DNA of 64,000 nucleotides, taken from positions 22,346 to 86,345 of the forward strand of contig CAVXTP010000026.1 of the NCBI GenBank assembly GCA_963764715.1. Direction: 5' to 3'. Positions 38,114 to 47,419 of this stretch are shown here, piece by piece. Below the pieces are notes generated by a model. That model ran no database searches. It saw only the letters and a list, made by a program, of their open reading frames with translations, and was not told where the DNA came from. This DNA comes from an uncultured Acidobacteriota bacterium (GTDB lineage Bacteria > Acidobacteriota > Thermoanaerobaculia > UBA5066 > Gp7-AA6). The position numbers were made by a program, and so were the translations under genes. Every line of letters starts with the position of its first letter. Positions within the stretch are counted from its first letter, which is position 1.

Positions 38114-39574
38114 ATGACGATCCGACGACTCACCGGCGCCCTCGTTCTCGCGGCCCTCTCCGCCGCGCGGCTCGCCGCGGAGGACCCGTCCGCGGTGGCG
38201 AAGGACCCGCGGGTCGTCTCGGCGCTCGAGCTCGCGCGGACCTGGCTCGAGGCCCAGCGCGCGTACGCGCGGATCCCCGGGATCTCGGCCGCGGTCGTCT
38301 ACGGCGACGAGACGCTCTGGTCGGGCGGCTTCGGCCTGGCCGACGCGAGCGACGGCCGGCCGGCGACCGCGGAGACGCTCTACAGCATCTGCTCCCTCTC
38401 GAAGCTCTTCACCTCGGTCGCCGTGATGCAGTTGCGCGACGAGGGCAAGCTTCGCCTCGACGATCCGGTCGCGCGCCACCTGCCCTGGTTCCACCTGAAG
38501 TCGACCCGGGGCGAGGGCGAGGTCACGATCGAGGGACTCCTGACGCACGCCTCGGGCCTTCCCCAGGAGCCCGCGTACCCGTACTGGTCCGCTCCCGACT
38601 TCGCCATGCCGACGCGCGAGGAGTTCATCGCCAAAGGCGGATCGATCGACGCGCTCTACGCCCCCGAGCAGCACTTCCAGTACTCGAACCTGGGCTTCAC
38701 GCTCCTCGGCGAGATCGTCGCGGCGGAATCCGGGGAGCCGTACGCCGCCCGGGTCACGAAGAGCATCCTCGACCCGCTCCGGCTCTCGAGCACGACGCCC
38801 GACATTCCGGAAACCGAGCGGGGACGGCGTCTCGCCTCCGGGTACTCGTCGCTCGACCGCGAAGGGCGGCGCCAGCCCATCCCCTTCTTCACCATGAAGG
38901 GCGTGGCCCCGGCCGCCGGCTACGCTTCCGACGCGGCCGACCTCGCCCGCTTCGCGTCGTGGCAGCTCCGCCTCCTCGCCCGCGGCGGGACCGACGTGCT
39001 GAAGGCGACGACGCTCGCCGAGATGCAGCGCATCCACTGGGTCGAGCCCGACTTCGAGACGCTCTGGGGCCTCGGGTTCCGGATCTGGAAGAACGACACG
39101 AAGCTGCTCGCCGGCCACGAGGGAAGCTGCCCGGGTTATCGCAGCGCCATCCTCGTCAACGCGGCCGACCGGGTCGGCGTCGTGTTCCTGTCGAACGCGC
39201 AGGGCGTCGACTCCCCCGAGTGGGCGATGCGGCTCTACGACATCGTCGGGCCGGCCGTGGCCGCGGCGGTCAAGGATCCGGCCGGCGCGAAGAAACCGGA
39301 CCCGGCGCTCACGCGCTACGCCGGCGTCTACGACGCGCAGCCCTGGGCCGGCGAGGTCGTCATCCTCCCGTGGGAGGACGGGCTCGCCATGCTGGAGCTT
39401 CCGACGATGAGCCCCGTGAAAACCCTCGAGCGCCTCAAGAAGTCGGGCGAGGACCGCTTCCGCCGCGTCCGCAAGGACGGGACGCTCGGCGAGGAGATCG
39501 TCTTCGTGATGGGTCCCGACGGCCGGCCCACGCGGTACACGCAGCACAACAACTTCCTGCGCCGCGTCAAATGA
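38114..39574 (+). CDS. Secreted serine hydrolase (beta-lactamase family) with C-terminal domain
   Basis: SLSK, LLTHASG, YSN, HEG; signal peptide. Confidence 0.87.
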   Translation: MTIRRLTGALVLAALSAARLAAEDPSAVAKDPRVVSALELARTWLEAQRAYARIPGISAAVVYGDETLWSGGFGLADASDGRPATAETLYSICSLSKLFTSVAVMQLRDEGKLRLDDPVARHLPWFHLKSTRGEGEVTIEGLLTHASGLPQEPAYPYWSAPDFAMPTREEFIAKGGSIDALYAPEQHFQYSNLGFTLLGEIVAAESGEPYAARVTKSILDPLRLSSTTPDIPETERGRRLASGYSSLDREGRRQPIPFFTMKGVAPAAGYASDAADLARFASWQLRLLARGGTDVLKATTLAEMQRIHWVEPDFETLWGLGFRIWKNDTKLLAGHEGSCPGYRSAILVNAADRVGVVFLSNAQGVDSPEWAMRLYDIVGPAVAAAVKDPAGAKKPDPALTRYAGVYDAQPWAGEVVILPWEDGLAMLELPTMSPVKTLERLKKSGEDRFRRVRKDGTLGEEIVFVMGPDGRPTRYTQHNNFLRRVK

Positions 39575-39646
39575 CAAGGGCGGCCGTTCGGGCCGCCCTC
39601 CGAGCGTTCGGCGCGTCGTCCTCCGACGCGGCCTCCGGCGAAGCCG

Positions 39647-40066
39647 TCAGGGCTTCTTGTTGGTCCAGCTCTGCTGTGCGACCTTCCAGGCCCCGTTCTC
39701 TTCCTCGAGATCGATCGTTCCGTACTGGTCGGCGTCCATCATCCGGCCCGTCGCCGAGAGCACGGCCTTCTTGCCGTCGACCTTGAGCGCCGTGTACTTG
39801 ATGTTTTCGGCGACCATGGACTTGAGCATCTCCATGCCCTTCTTGGGATCCATGCCCATTTCCTTGATCTGCTTGTCGATGCCTTCCGCCGAGGCCTTGG
39901 TCATCGACTTCTTGTAACCCTCGAAGTCGCCGGCGTTGACGGCCTTGAGCAGCGTCTTGTACGCGGCGACCTGCGGGGACTTGGAAATGTCCTGGGCGGC
40001 CTGCGCCGCCCCGGCGAGCAGCATTACGGCCACAGCGGTGGCCCCGAACCGGAGAGCCTTGTGCAT
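39647..40066 (-). CDS. Secreted NTF2-like hypothetical protein
   Basis: Signal peptide ending AAQA; C-terminal EEENGAWKV; AAGGAG RBS. Confidence 0.65.
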   Translation of the reverse strand: MHKALRFGATAVAVMLLAGAAQAAQDISKSPQVAAYKTLLKAVNAGDFEGYKKSMTKASAEGIDKQIKEMGMDPKKGMEMLKSMVAENIKYTALKVDGKKAVLSATGRMMDADQYGTIDLEEENGAWKVAQQSWTNKKP

Positions 40067-40188
40067 GAAGGGGCTCCTTTCTTTGAGCATAGTCTCGTCG
40101 AAAATCGGGTCCCGGGGCCAGCGCCGCCTGCAACCTTTTTCGCCCGGGCCGTGTCCGGGGAGCCGAACCGAGCCGAAAGGAGTTCTTC

Positions 40189-40674
40189 ATGGCCCAGGCC
40201 GCCGAGACCGAAACCTTCGCCGCCGCCGCGCTCCGGACCCTGCTCCGGGAGACCTTCGAGGGCCCGACCGGCCCCTCGACCTACTACATCGACAACGATC
40301 CGAAGGCCGGCCTCCTCGCCGCCCTCGACGGGCTCACGCCGCAGGAGGCGTCGGCCGCCCCGGCGGCCGGCGGGCCCACGATCGCGGGCCACGCCCACCA
40401 CGTCGCGTTTCACCTCGAAATGTCGAGCGCGTGGGTGCGCGGCGACCACGCCGACCGCGACTGGAAGCAGAGCTGGAAGGTCCGCGAGGTCGACGCGAAG
40501 GCCTGGGAGCGCGTCCGGCGCGACGTCCGGGCGAAGTACCAGGACCTCGTCCGGTCGATCGACGAGCGGCCGAACGCGCAGTCGGAGGACCTGGCGACGT
40601 CGATCGGCGCCGTGGCCCACGCCGCGTATCACCTCGGGGCGATCCGGCAGCGGATCGCGCTGGCCGCGTCCTAG
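40189..40674 (+). CDS. DinB superfamily protein
   Basis: TIAGHAHH and AHAAYHLGAIRQ. Confidence 0.75.
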   Translation: MAQAAETETFAAAALRTLLRETFEGPTGPSTYYIDNDPKAGLLAALDGLTPQEASAAPAAGGPTIAGHAHHVAFHLEMSSAWVRGDHADRDWKQSWKVREVDAKAWERVRRDVRAKYQDLVRSIDERPNAQSEDLATSIGAVAHAAYHLGAIRQRIALAAS

Positions 40675-40723
40675 GGGCGGGTTACCGCGGCACCACGCGG
40701 GCGGCCGCAAGGGCCGCCCCTAC
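40672..40723. repeat. GTAG-type REP element (copy B)
   Basis: TAGGGGCGG...GGGCGGCCGCAAGGGCCGCCCCTAC between convergent genes. Confidence 0.65.
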
Positions 40724-41172
40724 GAGGGGGCGTTCCGGCGCCGGTCCCCGAGCCGGCGCTCCATGACGCGGCGGTCGAAGACGAGGGCGAGGGCCGAGTC
40801 GGGGGCTCCGCCGACGCGGCGTTCCCGCTGCCGGCGCTCGGCGCGGCGGCGCTCCCCGGGAATCACCATGTACGGCGAGGACGCCGGGCCTTCCTCGGCG
40901 ATCGCGACCTCGAGCTCCGGACGGGTCGTCGGGTCGGAGACGTCCTGCGCGTGCCAGCCTTCGAGGGCCGCGGTCGGCATGTCGCGGGTCGCGTTGACGG
41001 CCGCCACGATGCGCCGGGCGTCGGCGTAGCTCCGGCCGCGGACGACGATCGCGCCGGCGGCGTCGCGGATGTAGCGGCCTTCCTGTCTCCAGGGCTCCGG
41101 CGAATGGTAGGCGTCGAGCTCTTCTTCGGGAAAGGGTTCGGTTCCGTCTTCGGTGCCGGGTGGGGATGTCAT
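40720..41172 (-). CDS. Hypothetical protein with Arg-rich ERR/DRR repeats
   Basis: ERRRAERRQRERR, DRRVMERRLGDRR; start 41172 or 41193. Confidence 0.5.
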   Translation of the reverse strand: MTSPPGTEDGTEPFPEEELDAYHSPEPWRQEGRYIRDAAGAIVVRGRSYADARRIVAAVNATRDMPTAALEGWHAQDVSDPTTRPELEVAIAEEGPASSPYMVIPGERRRAERRQRERRVGGAPDSALALVFDRRVMERRLGDRRRNAPS

Positions 41173-41256
41173 CGGGTCGGTGCTGACCCTCATTATGCCG
41201 CAACTTCGGCCGGCCGACGCGTGTTGTGACGATCGAAGAGGAGACGAGGAGGGCGC

Positions 41257-41724
41257 ATGCCGGACTACAAGGTGCTCGCGATATCCGAATCGACCGCCGA
41301 GAAGGTCCGAGCGACGCGGAAGTCCCCCGGCTACGGCCACCCGGTCCACGCCGAGATCGCGACGGGTAACGGGCCGTGCCGTCTCTGCCTCCGCGACTTC
41401 GAGGTCGGCGTCGACCGGAGGTTGCTCTTCACGCTCGACCCGTTCCACGGCCTCGAGTCCCAGCCGCTCCCGGGCCCCGTCTTCATCCACGAGAACGAGT
41501 GCGACCGCCACCCCGAACACGGAGGCTTCCCCGAGGACCTGCTCTCGCACGACCTGACGGTCACGGCCTACGCCCGCGGCCGGATCCACCGCGGGGAGGA
41601 GCGTGTTCCCGGCGACCGGGTCGAGGAGGCGATCGAGCGCCTGCTGGAGCGGCCCGACGTCGACTACCTGCACGTCCGCGACGCGCAGGCCGGCTGCTAC
41701 GACCTGCGCGTTGAGCGGGCGTAG
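41257..41724 (+). CDS. DUF1203 family protein
   Basis: GPCRLCL, GPVFIH, DYLHVRDAQAGCY. Confidence 0.82.
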   Translation: MPDYKVLAISESTAEKVRATRKSPGYGHPVHAEIATGNGPCRLCLRDFEVGVDRRLLFTLDPFHGLESQPLPGPVFIHENECDRHPEHGGFPEDLLSHDLTVTAYARGRIHRGEERVPGDRVEEAIERLLERPDVDYLHVRDAQAGCYDLRVERA

Positions 41725-41756
41725 CCGCCCCTCGTCGGGCATCCGCGCTCCCGGTC

Positions 41757-41836
41757 GTCGGGGCGGCCTTTGCGGCCGCCCGTGTCGGCGAGGTTTCCGT
41801 GCCACCCCGAAGGGCGGGGACAAGCCCCGCCCCTAC
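41757..41836. repeat. GTAG-type REP doublet (copy C)
   Basis: GTCGGGGCGGCCTTTGCGGCCGCCC and GGGCGGGGACAAGCCCCGCCCCTAC; the latter is identical to copy A. Confidence 0.75.
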
Positions 41837-42369
41837 TTTTGGAGAGCGGCCAGCGCCGCGAGCACCTCGTCGCTGTGGCTCGGGACCTTGACGCCCATGA
41901 ACTCCTTCGCGATCTTGCCCTGCGGATCGATCACGAACGTGTTGCGGGCGGAGAGCTTCTTGCCCTCGTACTCCATGATCGAGCCGTACTCGGCCGAGAC
42001 CTTCGCGTCGGGATCCGAGAGGAGCTTGAAGTTCAGCTTCTCCTTGGCGCAGAAATCCTTGTGCGACTCCGCGCTGTCGACGGAGACGCCCAGGATCACG
42101 GCCCCGGCGGCCTCGTACTTCTTGAGGTCGCGCTGGAAGTTCTGGGCCTCGAGCGTGCAGCCGCTCGTGAAGTCCTTCGGGTAGAAGTAGAGGACGACCC
42201 ACTTTCCGCGGAAGTCGGCGAGCTTCGTCGGCTTGCCTTCGTTGGACGTCAGGGTGAAGTCCGGCGCGGCCGAGCCGACGGCCGGGGCCGCCGGCGCATC
42301 CGCCACCGACACCGTCGCCGCCAGGGCCGCCGCCGCCAGGACCGCCGTCACGATTCGCTTCGTCGTCAT
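41833..42369 (-). CDS. bcp: BCP/PrxQ peroxiredoxin with signal peptide
   Basis: VVLYFYPKDFTSGCTLEA, RNTFVIDPQG. Confidence 0.85.
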   Translation of the reverse strand: MTTKRIVTAVLAAAALAATVSVADAPAAPAVGSAAPDFTLTSNEGKPTKLADFRGKWVVLYFYPKDFTSGCTLEAQNFQRDLKKYEAAGAVILGVSVDSAESHKDFCAKEKLNFKLLSDPDAKVSAEYGSIMEYEGKKLSARNTFVIDPQGKIAKEFMGVKVPSHSDEVLAALAALQK

Positions 42370-42382
42370 GATTCCTCCTTGT

Positions 42383-43429
42383 TCAGGCGCGAGGCCGGGC
42401 CTCGATCAGGGAAAACGGGCTCTTCGTCGGGATGACGCGCGTCATCTCGAAGCCCGCGTCCGAAAGCACTTTTTCGTATTCCTTCGCGGTCCGCTCCCGT
42501 CCGCCCGTCACGACCAGCATGTTGAGGTCCATCAGCGTGACGAACGCGGGACCGATCTCCTCGGGCACCAGCATCTCGACGATGAGGAGCCGGCCCCCCG
42601 GCTCCAGGGACTCGCGGCAGACGCGGAGGATGCGGACGCACTCTTCGTCGGTCCAGTCGTGCAGGATGAACTTCAGCATGTGCAGATCGGCGCCTTCCGG
42701 CACCGCCTGGAAGAAGTCGCCCGACTCGAACCGGCACCGCGACGCGGCCCCGGCGGCCTGGATCGCGTGCTTCGCCTGCGGCTCGATGTACGCCAGGTCG
42801 AAGATCGCCCCCTTCATGTCCGGGTGCTTCTCGAGGATCGCGAGCGCGAGGCTTCCGCTGCCGCCGCCGACGTCCATCACCGTGCGGACGCCCGAGAAGT
42901 CGTACGCCTCGAGCACCGCCGCGGCCGCGAAGCGGGAGATGTTGCGCATCGCCTTGCCGAACTGCTCGCCCTCGGCCAGGTTCTGCGTGTAGTAGTCGAA
43001 CGCCGCGAGCCCGAAAACCTCCTGCGGCCGGGGACGCTCGGTGCGGACCGCGTCGGCGACCTTCTCCCAGGAGCGCCAGTGCACCGAATCGGTCTCGGCG
43101 ATGAAGGCGTCTCGGAACGTCCCCGGGACGTCGCTGCGGAGCCGCTCGCCGATCGCCGTGTTCGCGAACCGTCCGTCGGCACGCCGCTCGAGAACGCCGA
43201 GGCTCGCGAGCGCCCGCATCAGGCGGTACGTCGCTCCGGCATCGAGCTCCAGCTCGCCCGCCGCCTCCCGGGCTTCCCGCGGCCCCTGCGCGAGGAGGTC
43301 CGGGATTCCGAGCCGCGCCGCCGTCGCGACGGCCTGCGTCGCCCAGGCGCCCGACAGGAGCTGGATGAGGATCTGGTCGGTGGAAGGAGCGCCCCCTTCG
43401 GGCCGCGTCGCCGTGACCTCCGTCGCCAT
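42383..43429 (-). CDS. SAM-dependent O-methyltransferase (dimerisation domain plus Methyltransf_2)
   Basis: MDVGGGSG, GDFF, ILHDW, GRERT. Confidence 0.9.
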   Translation of the reverse strand: MATEVTATRPEGGAPSTDQILIQLLSGAWATQAVATAARLGIPDLLAQGPREAREAAGELELDAGATYRLMRALASLGVLERRADGRFANTAIGERLRSDVPGTFRDAFIAETDSVHWRSWEKVADAVRTERPRPQEVFGLAAFDYYTQNLAEGEQFGKAMRNISRFAAAAVLEAYDFSGVRTVMDVGGGSGSLALAILEKHPDMKGAIFDLAYIEPQAKHAIQAAGAASRCRFESGDFFQAVPEGADLHMLKFILHDWTDEECVRILRVCRESLEPGGRLLIVEMLVPEEIGPAFVTLMDLNMLVVTGGRERTAKEYEKVLSDAGFEMTRVIPTKSPFSLIEARPRA

Positions 43430-43557
43430 TCCGGAACCTCCCCCGGCCTCGCCGGCCGAAGGCGGAGGATATCGCAGGGATCGCGCGCTCCGGCCGGCTT
43501 CGGCGGCTCGTCGCCGGAGGACCCCATGCGAGAGGTCAAGGAGTAGCGGGCCCCGTC

Positions 43558-46263
43558 CTACTCGCAGCGCAGCGCGATCGTGGGCGGGATCCGGGCGGCC
43601 CGGCGCGCGGGAACGTACGCCGCCAGCATGGTCACGAGGACCATCGCCGGCACGACGACGAGATAGACCGTGACGTCGACCCCGCCGGCGTTGAACAGCA
43701 TGGAGTTCATCAGCCGCTCGAGCCCGAATCCCATCGCCAGGCCGATCGCCGTCCCCCAGGCGACGAGGACGAGCCCCTTGCCCATCATCGAGCGGAGCAC
43801 GTCGGACGGCCGCGCGCCGATCGCCATGCGGATGCCGATCTCGCGCGTCCGGCGGCTCACGTTGTACGACACCACTCCGTACAGGCCCGCGATGGCGAGC
43901 AGCAGCCCCACCCCGCCCAGGGTGCCGACGATCTCGACCGCCACGCCCGGCCCCTCGACGGTGGCGTACCGGTACAGCTCCGCCCACGTCATCGTCTGCA
44001 GCATCGGCATGTTGGGATCGAGCGCGCGGACGACGTCCTTCACGGCCGGAACGAGCTGCGCCGGGTCCCCGTCCGCCCGGACCAGCAGGACCCTGCGCGC
44101 GACGGGGTGCTGCGCGAACGGCACGTACACGAAATCGATCGGTCCGGTGGGGCCGTCGCTGTACTTGATCGTCTGCGCGACGCCGACGATCTCCACCGGC
44201 GCGCCATTCGCGCTCTCGAGCCGGATGCGCTTGCCCACCGGGTCGCCGCCCGGCCAGTAGTGTTTCGCGAACTGTTCATTGACGATCGCGACTCGGGGCA
44301 GGGCGGCGGTATCCGCCGCCCGGAAGGCGCGGCCGTGCAGGATCGGTATCCCCATCGTCTCGAAATACCCTTCGTCGACGGTATCCATCCACGTCCGGAA
44401 ATTCTCACGGTCGCGCGGCATCGGGAACCCTTCCGGCACGAAGGCGATGCGCCCGAAGTCGCCCAGTGAGAGCGGAGGGTTCTGCGTGAACGCCGCGCTC
44501 CGGACTCCGGGCGCTTCCCGCACGCGCTCGCCGAGCAGCTCGAAGAAGCGCTCCGTCCGGGACGCGTCGTACTGCACGAGGCGTGGATCGAAAGAGACCA
44601 TGAGCACGTGGTCCTTCGCCTGCTCCGCGAACCCCAATCCCTCGTTCAGGCTGTTCTGGAAGCCCCGGAACATCAGGAACGACGCGGCGAGCAGCATCAG
44701 CGACATGGCGATCTGCGCCACGACCAGCGCATTGCGGCCCCACAGCCGCTTCCTTCCGGGGTCGTCCCCGTCGGCCGACTTGAGCCCCTTGACCAGGTTG
44801 AGGCGCGTGCTCTGGAGCGCCGGGGCCAGACCACAGATCAGGGCGCTCAGGACCGAAAAGGCGAAGCTCGCCAGAAGCACGCGCGTGTCCATGCGGAACG
44901 GGATCTTCACGGGCAGCTCGGCCGGAATTCGGAACTTGCCCATGAAGTGGATACCGACGTACCCGACGGCGATCCCGGCGAGTCCTCCGGTGAGGGCGAG
45001 CACCAGGCTCTCGGTCAGAAGCAGCCGGATCACCCGGAAGCGCCCGGCGCCGATCGCGAGCCGGACGGCGATCTCCCGCGTGCGCGTGCGAGCGCGGGAG
45101 AGGAGAAGTCCCGCGGCGTTGGTGCACGCCACGAGCAGCACGGCCAGAGCGAGAACCGTGAAGATCACGCCGAACTTCCAGTTGGCGTCGCTCGCCTGCG
45201 TCCGCATCTCGAACATGGTGCGGACGGCCGCGCCGCGGTCGCGATTCGTCTTCGGGTACTCGCGCTCGAGGTCCCGGGCGAGCACGGCCAGCTCGTTGCC
45301 CGCCTCCCGCCGCGTCGTCCCCGGCTTCAGGCGCGCCCGGATCATCAGCTCGCGGTCGTCCCGGTCGACGAAGAAATCCTTCTGCGGGTCGGTCGAGAAC
45401 GTGCCCGCCATCGCGAGCGGCATGTAGAAGTCGGGACGGTCGAAGATGTAGAGCCCGGTGAACGTCTCCGGCAGGACGCCGACGACGGTGAACTCTTTCC
45501 CGTTGAGGCGGACAATCCGGCCGACGACGGACGGGTCGCCGGCGAACTCGCGCTTCCAGAAGTCCGCCGAAAGGACCACCACGGCGTCGCGGCCGGGCAC
45601 CTGGTCTTCGTCGTCCCGGAACCCGCGCCCCAGCGTCGGCTCGACGTCGAGCACCCGGAAGAAGTTGCCGGAGACGAGCAATCCGCCCTTCACGACCGGC
45701 GTGGCTTCGCGCTCGGCGCTGAAGCCGACCGCCAGCAGCGGCACGTTGGCGATCACGCCCGCGAAGCTCTTCGTCCGGTCGCGGATGTCGAGGTACTCGC
45801 GATAGGAGAACGGGTCGAAGGCGCTGTCGTGCGACGTGCCGACCAGCGTGACCACCTCGCCCGGGTGCGGCACGGGGTACGGCCGAAAGACCAGCGCGTC
45901 GAGCATGCTGAAGGGCGTCGCCGTCATCCCGATTCCGAGGGCGATCGTGGCGACGACGAAGGCGGCCAGTCCCGGCGTCCGGCGCAGGCTCCGGACGGCA
46001 TAGCGCACGTCGTCGACGAAATCCGTCAGCCAGTGGATGTGGCGCGCGTCCCGCATCTCTTCCTTCTTCTGGTCGAGCCCGCCCATCGCGCGGAGCGCCC
46101 GGTACCGCGCCTCCTCCGGGGAAAGCCCCTCCGCGATGCCTTCCTCGATCTTGCGCTCCAGGTGAAACTGGAGCTCCTCGTCGAGCTCGGTCTCGACCCG
46201 GCGGCGGCGGAAGATCGACTTCAACCGCAGCGGAAACTGAAACCACCAGTGCTCGATGCGCAT
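43558..46263 (-). CDS. ADOP-type duplicated ABC permease with N-terminal helical prefix
   Basis: ELDEELQFHL..GLSPEEARYRA prefix; ACTNAAGLLL, GLYGVVSY, PARRAARI. Confidence 0.92.
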   Translation of the reverse strand: MRIEHWWFQFPLRLKSIFRRRRVETELDEELQFHLERKIEEGIAEGLSPEEARYRALRAMGGLDQKKEEMRDARHIHWLTDFVDDVRYAVRSLRRTPGLAAFVVATIALGIGMTATPFSMLDALVFRPYPVPHPGEVVTLVGTSHDSAFDPFSYREYLDIRDRTKSFAGVIANVPLLAVGFSAEREATPVVKGGLLVSGNFFRVLDVEPTLGRGFRDDEDQVPGRDAVVVLSADFWKREFAGDPSVVGRIVRLNGKEFTVVGVLPETFTGLYIFDRPDFYMPLAMAGTFSTDPQKDFFVDRDDRELMIRARLKPGTTRREAGNELAVLARDLEREYPKTNRDRGAAVRTMFEMRTQASDANWKFGVIFTVLALAVLLVACTNAAGLLLSRARTRTREIAVRLAIGAGRFRVIRLLLTESLVLALTGGLAGIAVGYVGIHFMGKFRIPAELPVKIPFRMDTRVLLASFAFSVLSALICGLAPALQSTRLNLVKGLKSADGDDPGRKRLWGRNALVVAQIAMSLMLLAASFLMFRGFQNSLNEGLGFAEQAKDHVLMVSFDPRLVQYDASRTERFFELLGERVREAPGVRSAAFTQNPPLSLGDFGRIAFVPEGFPMPRDRENFRTWMDTVDEGYFETMGIPILHGRAFRAADTAALPRVAIVNEQFAKHYWPGGDPVGKRIRLESANGAPVEIVGVAQTIKYSDGPTGPIDFVYVPFAQHPVARRVLLVRADGDPAQLVPAVKDVVRALDPNMPMLQTMTWAELYRYATVEGPGVAVEIVGTLGGVGLLLAIAGLYGVVSYNVSRRTREIGIRMAIGARPSDVLRSMMGKGLVLVAWGTAIGLAMGFGLERLMNSMLFNAGGVDVTVYLVVVPAMVLVTMLAAYVPARRAARIPPTIALRCE

Positions 46264-46266
46264 GGT

Positions 46267-46965
46267 CTACGCCCCGGAGGGGCTCCGCTCCGGCAGCGGC
46301 GGCGCCCTTGACGATCAGCCACAGGGCGAACGACACCTCGAAGGCGAGCATCGGGAGCCACATGAGCTCGTTGACGGCGCCGAGAGTGATCCCGACGAGC
46401 TGCAGGGGAAGGAGGACCAGCGACCAGGATCGACGCGAGCACGCCGAGCCACGCCAGCGCGACGGGCACGATCCGGCCGCGCAGGCAGCAGACAGGCGAA
46501 GATCGTGCTGCCGACGGCAAAGAAGATCGCGGGGAGGGCGAAGCTCCGAGCTCGGCAGCTTCAGCAGGAACGCGCCGAGCGCGCCGGCGGCCGCGGGGTC
46601 GGGCGCATCGGCTCCGGCGGCCGTCGCGAGCCAGAGCCTTCCCAGCGTCGTCGGCAGGGAGACCGCACCGATCACGCCCTCGGCGACGCGGCAGATCATG
46701 GCCAGGAGCGCCAGGTCCGGGTCCTGCGTCGCGCGTGATCGCGTACAGCGTCACGGCCAGCACCAGGGCGCAGAAGCAGCCGACGAGCTCGAGCACGACG
46801 GCGAGTCGCATGGTCGGGCGCATGCTGGGCGATGCCGGCGAGCTTCGCGGCGACCCCTTCCCCGCTCGTCGCGCGGTTCGGTCGAGGATCATTCCGCGTC
46901 AGGGCGACGGCGATGTAGATGAGGAAGGTGAATCCGGCGACTCTGGCGTTCGTCCTGCGAGTCAT
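46267..46965 (-). pseudogene. DUF4386-like membrane protein, multiply frameshifted
   Basis: Pieces in different frames: NARVAGFTFLIYI, LVLAVTLYAITR, CRVAEGVIGA, VPVALAWLGVLAS, WLPMLAFEVSFALWLIVKG. Confidence 0.7.
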
Positions 46966-46978
46966 GGGCTGCTCCTCC

Positions 46979-47314
46979 CTAGGCCTCGGAGAGCTGGACG
47001 ACGTGCGAGATGGCCGACGACAGCCGCTGCCAGTTGGCCGTCTCCGATTCGAGCTCTTTGCGGCCGAGCCGCGTGAGCGAGTAGAACTTCGCCCGCCGGT
47101 TGTTCTCCGTCTGCTTCCACTCGGCCGTGATCCAGCCTTCCTGCTCCAGCTTGTGCAGCGCCGGGTAGAGGGAGCCCTCGCTCACCTGCAGCACGCCGCC
47201 CGAGATCGACCGCAGGCGGAGGCTGATGGCCCATCCGTTCATCGGCTCGAGCGCAAGGATCTTCAGCAGCAGCAGGTCGAGAGTGCCCTGGACGAGGTCG
47301 GCTGGCTTGCTCAT
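46979..47314 (-). CDS. PadR family transcriptional regulator
   Basis: DLVQGTLDLLLLKIL, GSLYPALHKLE, TENNRRAKFY. Confidence 0.92.
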   Translation of the reverse strand: MSKPADLVQGTLDLLLLKILALEPMNGWAISLRLRSISGGVLQVSEGSLYPALHKLEQEGWITAEWKQTENNRRAKFYSLTRLGRKELESETANWQRLSSAISHVVQLSEA

Positions 47315-47364
47315 ATCGGTTTCCGAGGGGAGTCTATGGCAGGCTCCCCTCGGTAAGCAAGGGG
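47312..47364. promoter_or_regulatory. Tandem operators at PadR-3 (consensus CCCCTCGG-N3-CCGAGGGG)
   Basis: CATATCGG-TTT-CCGAGGGG (47312-47330, overlaps the start codon) and CCCCTCGG-TAA-GCAAGGGG (47346-47364). Confidence 0.6.
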
Positions 47365-47419
47365 TACGGAGGATCCGGAGGGAAGTTTCAGCGCGACCGC
47401 CGGCCGGCCGCCGGGGGGA

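Noticed and set aside
33969-38133. Apparent long ORFs of 784 aa (33969-36323) and 598 aa (36337-38133)
   Set aside because: These are out-of-frame read-through over upstream genes; the real starts are at stop/start overlaps (35369 and 37173).
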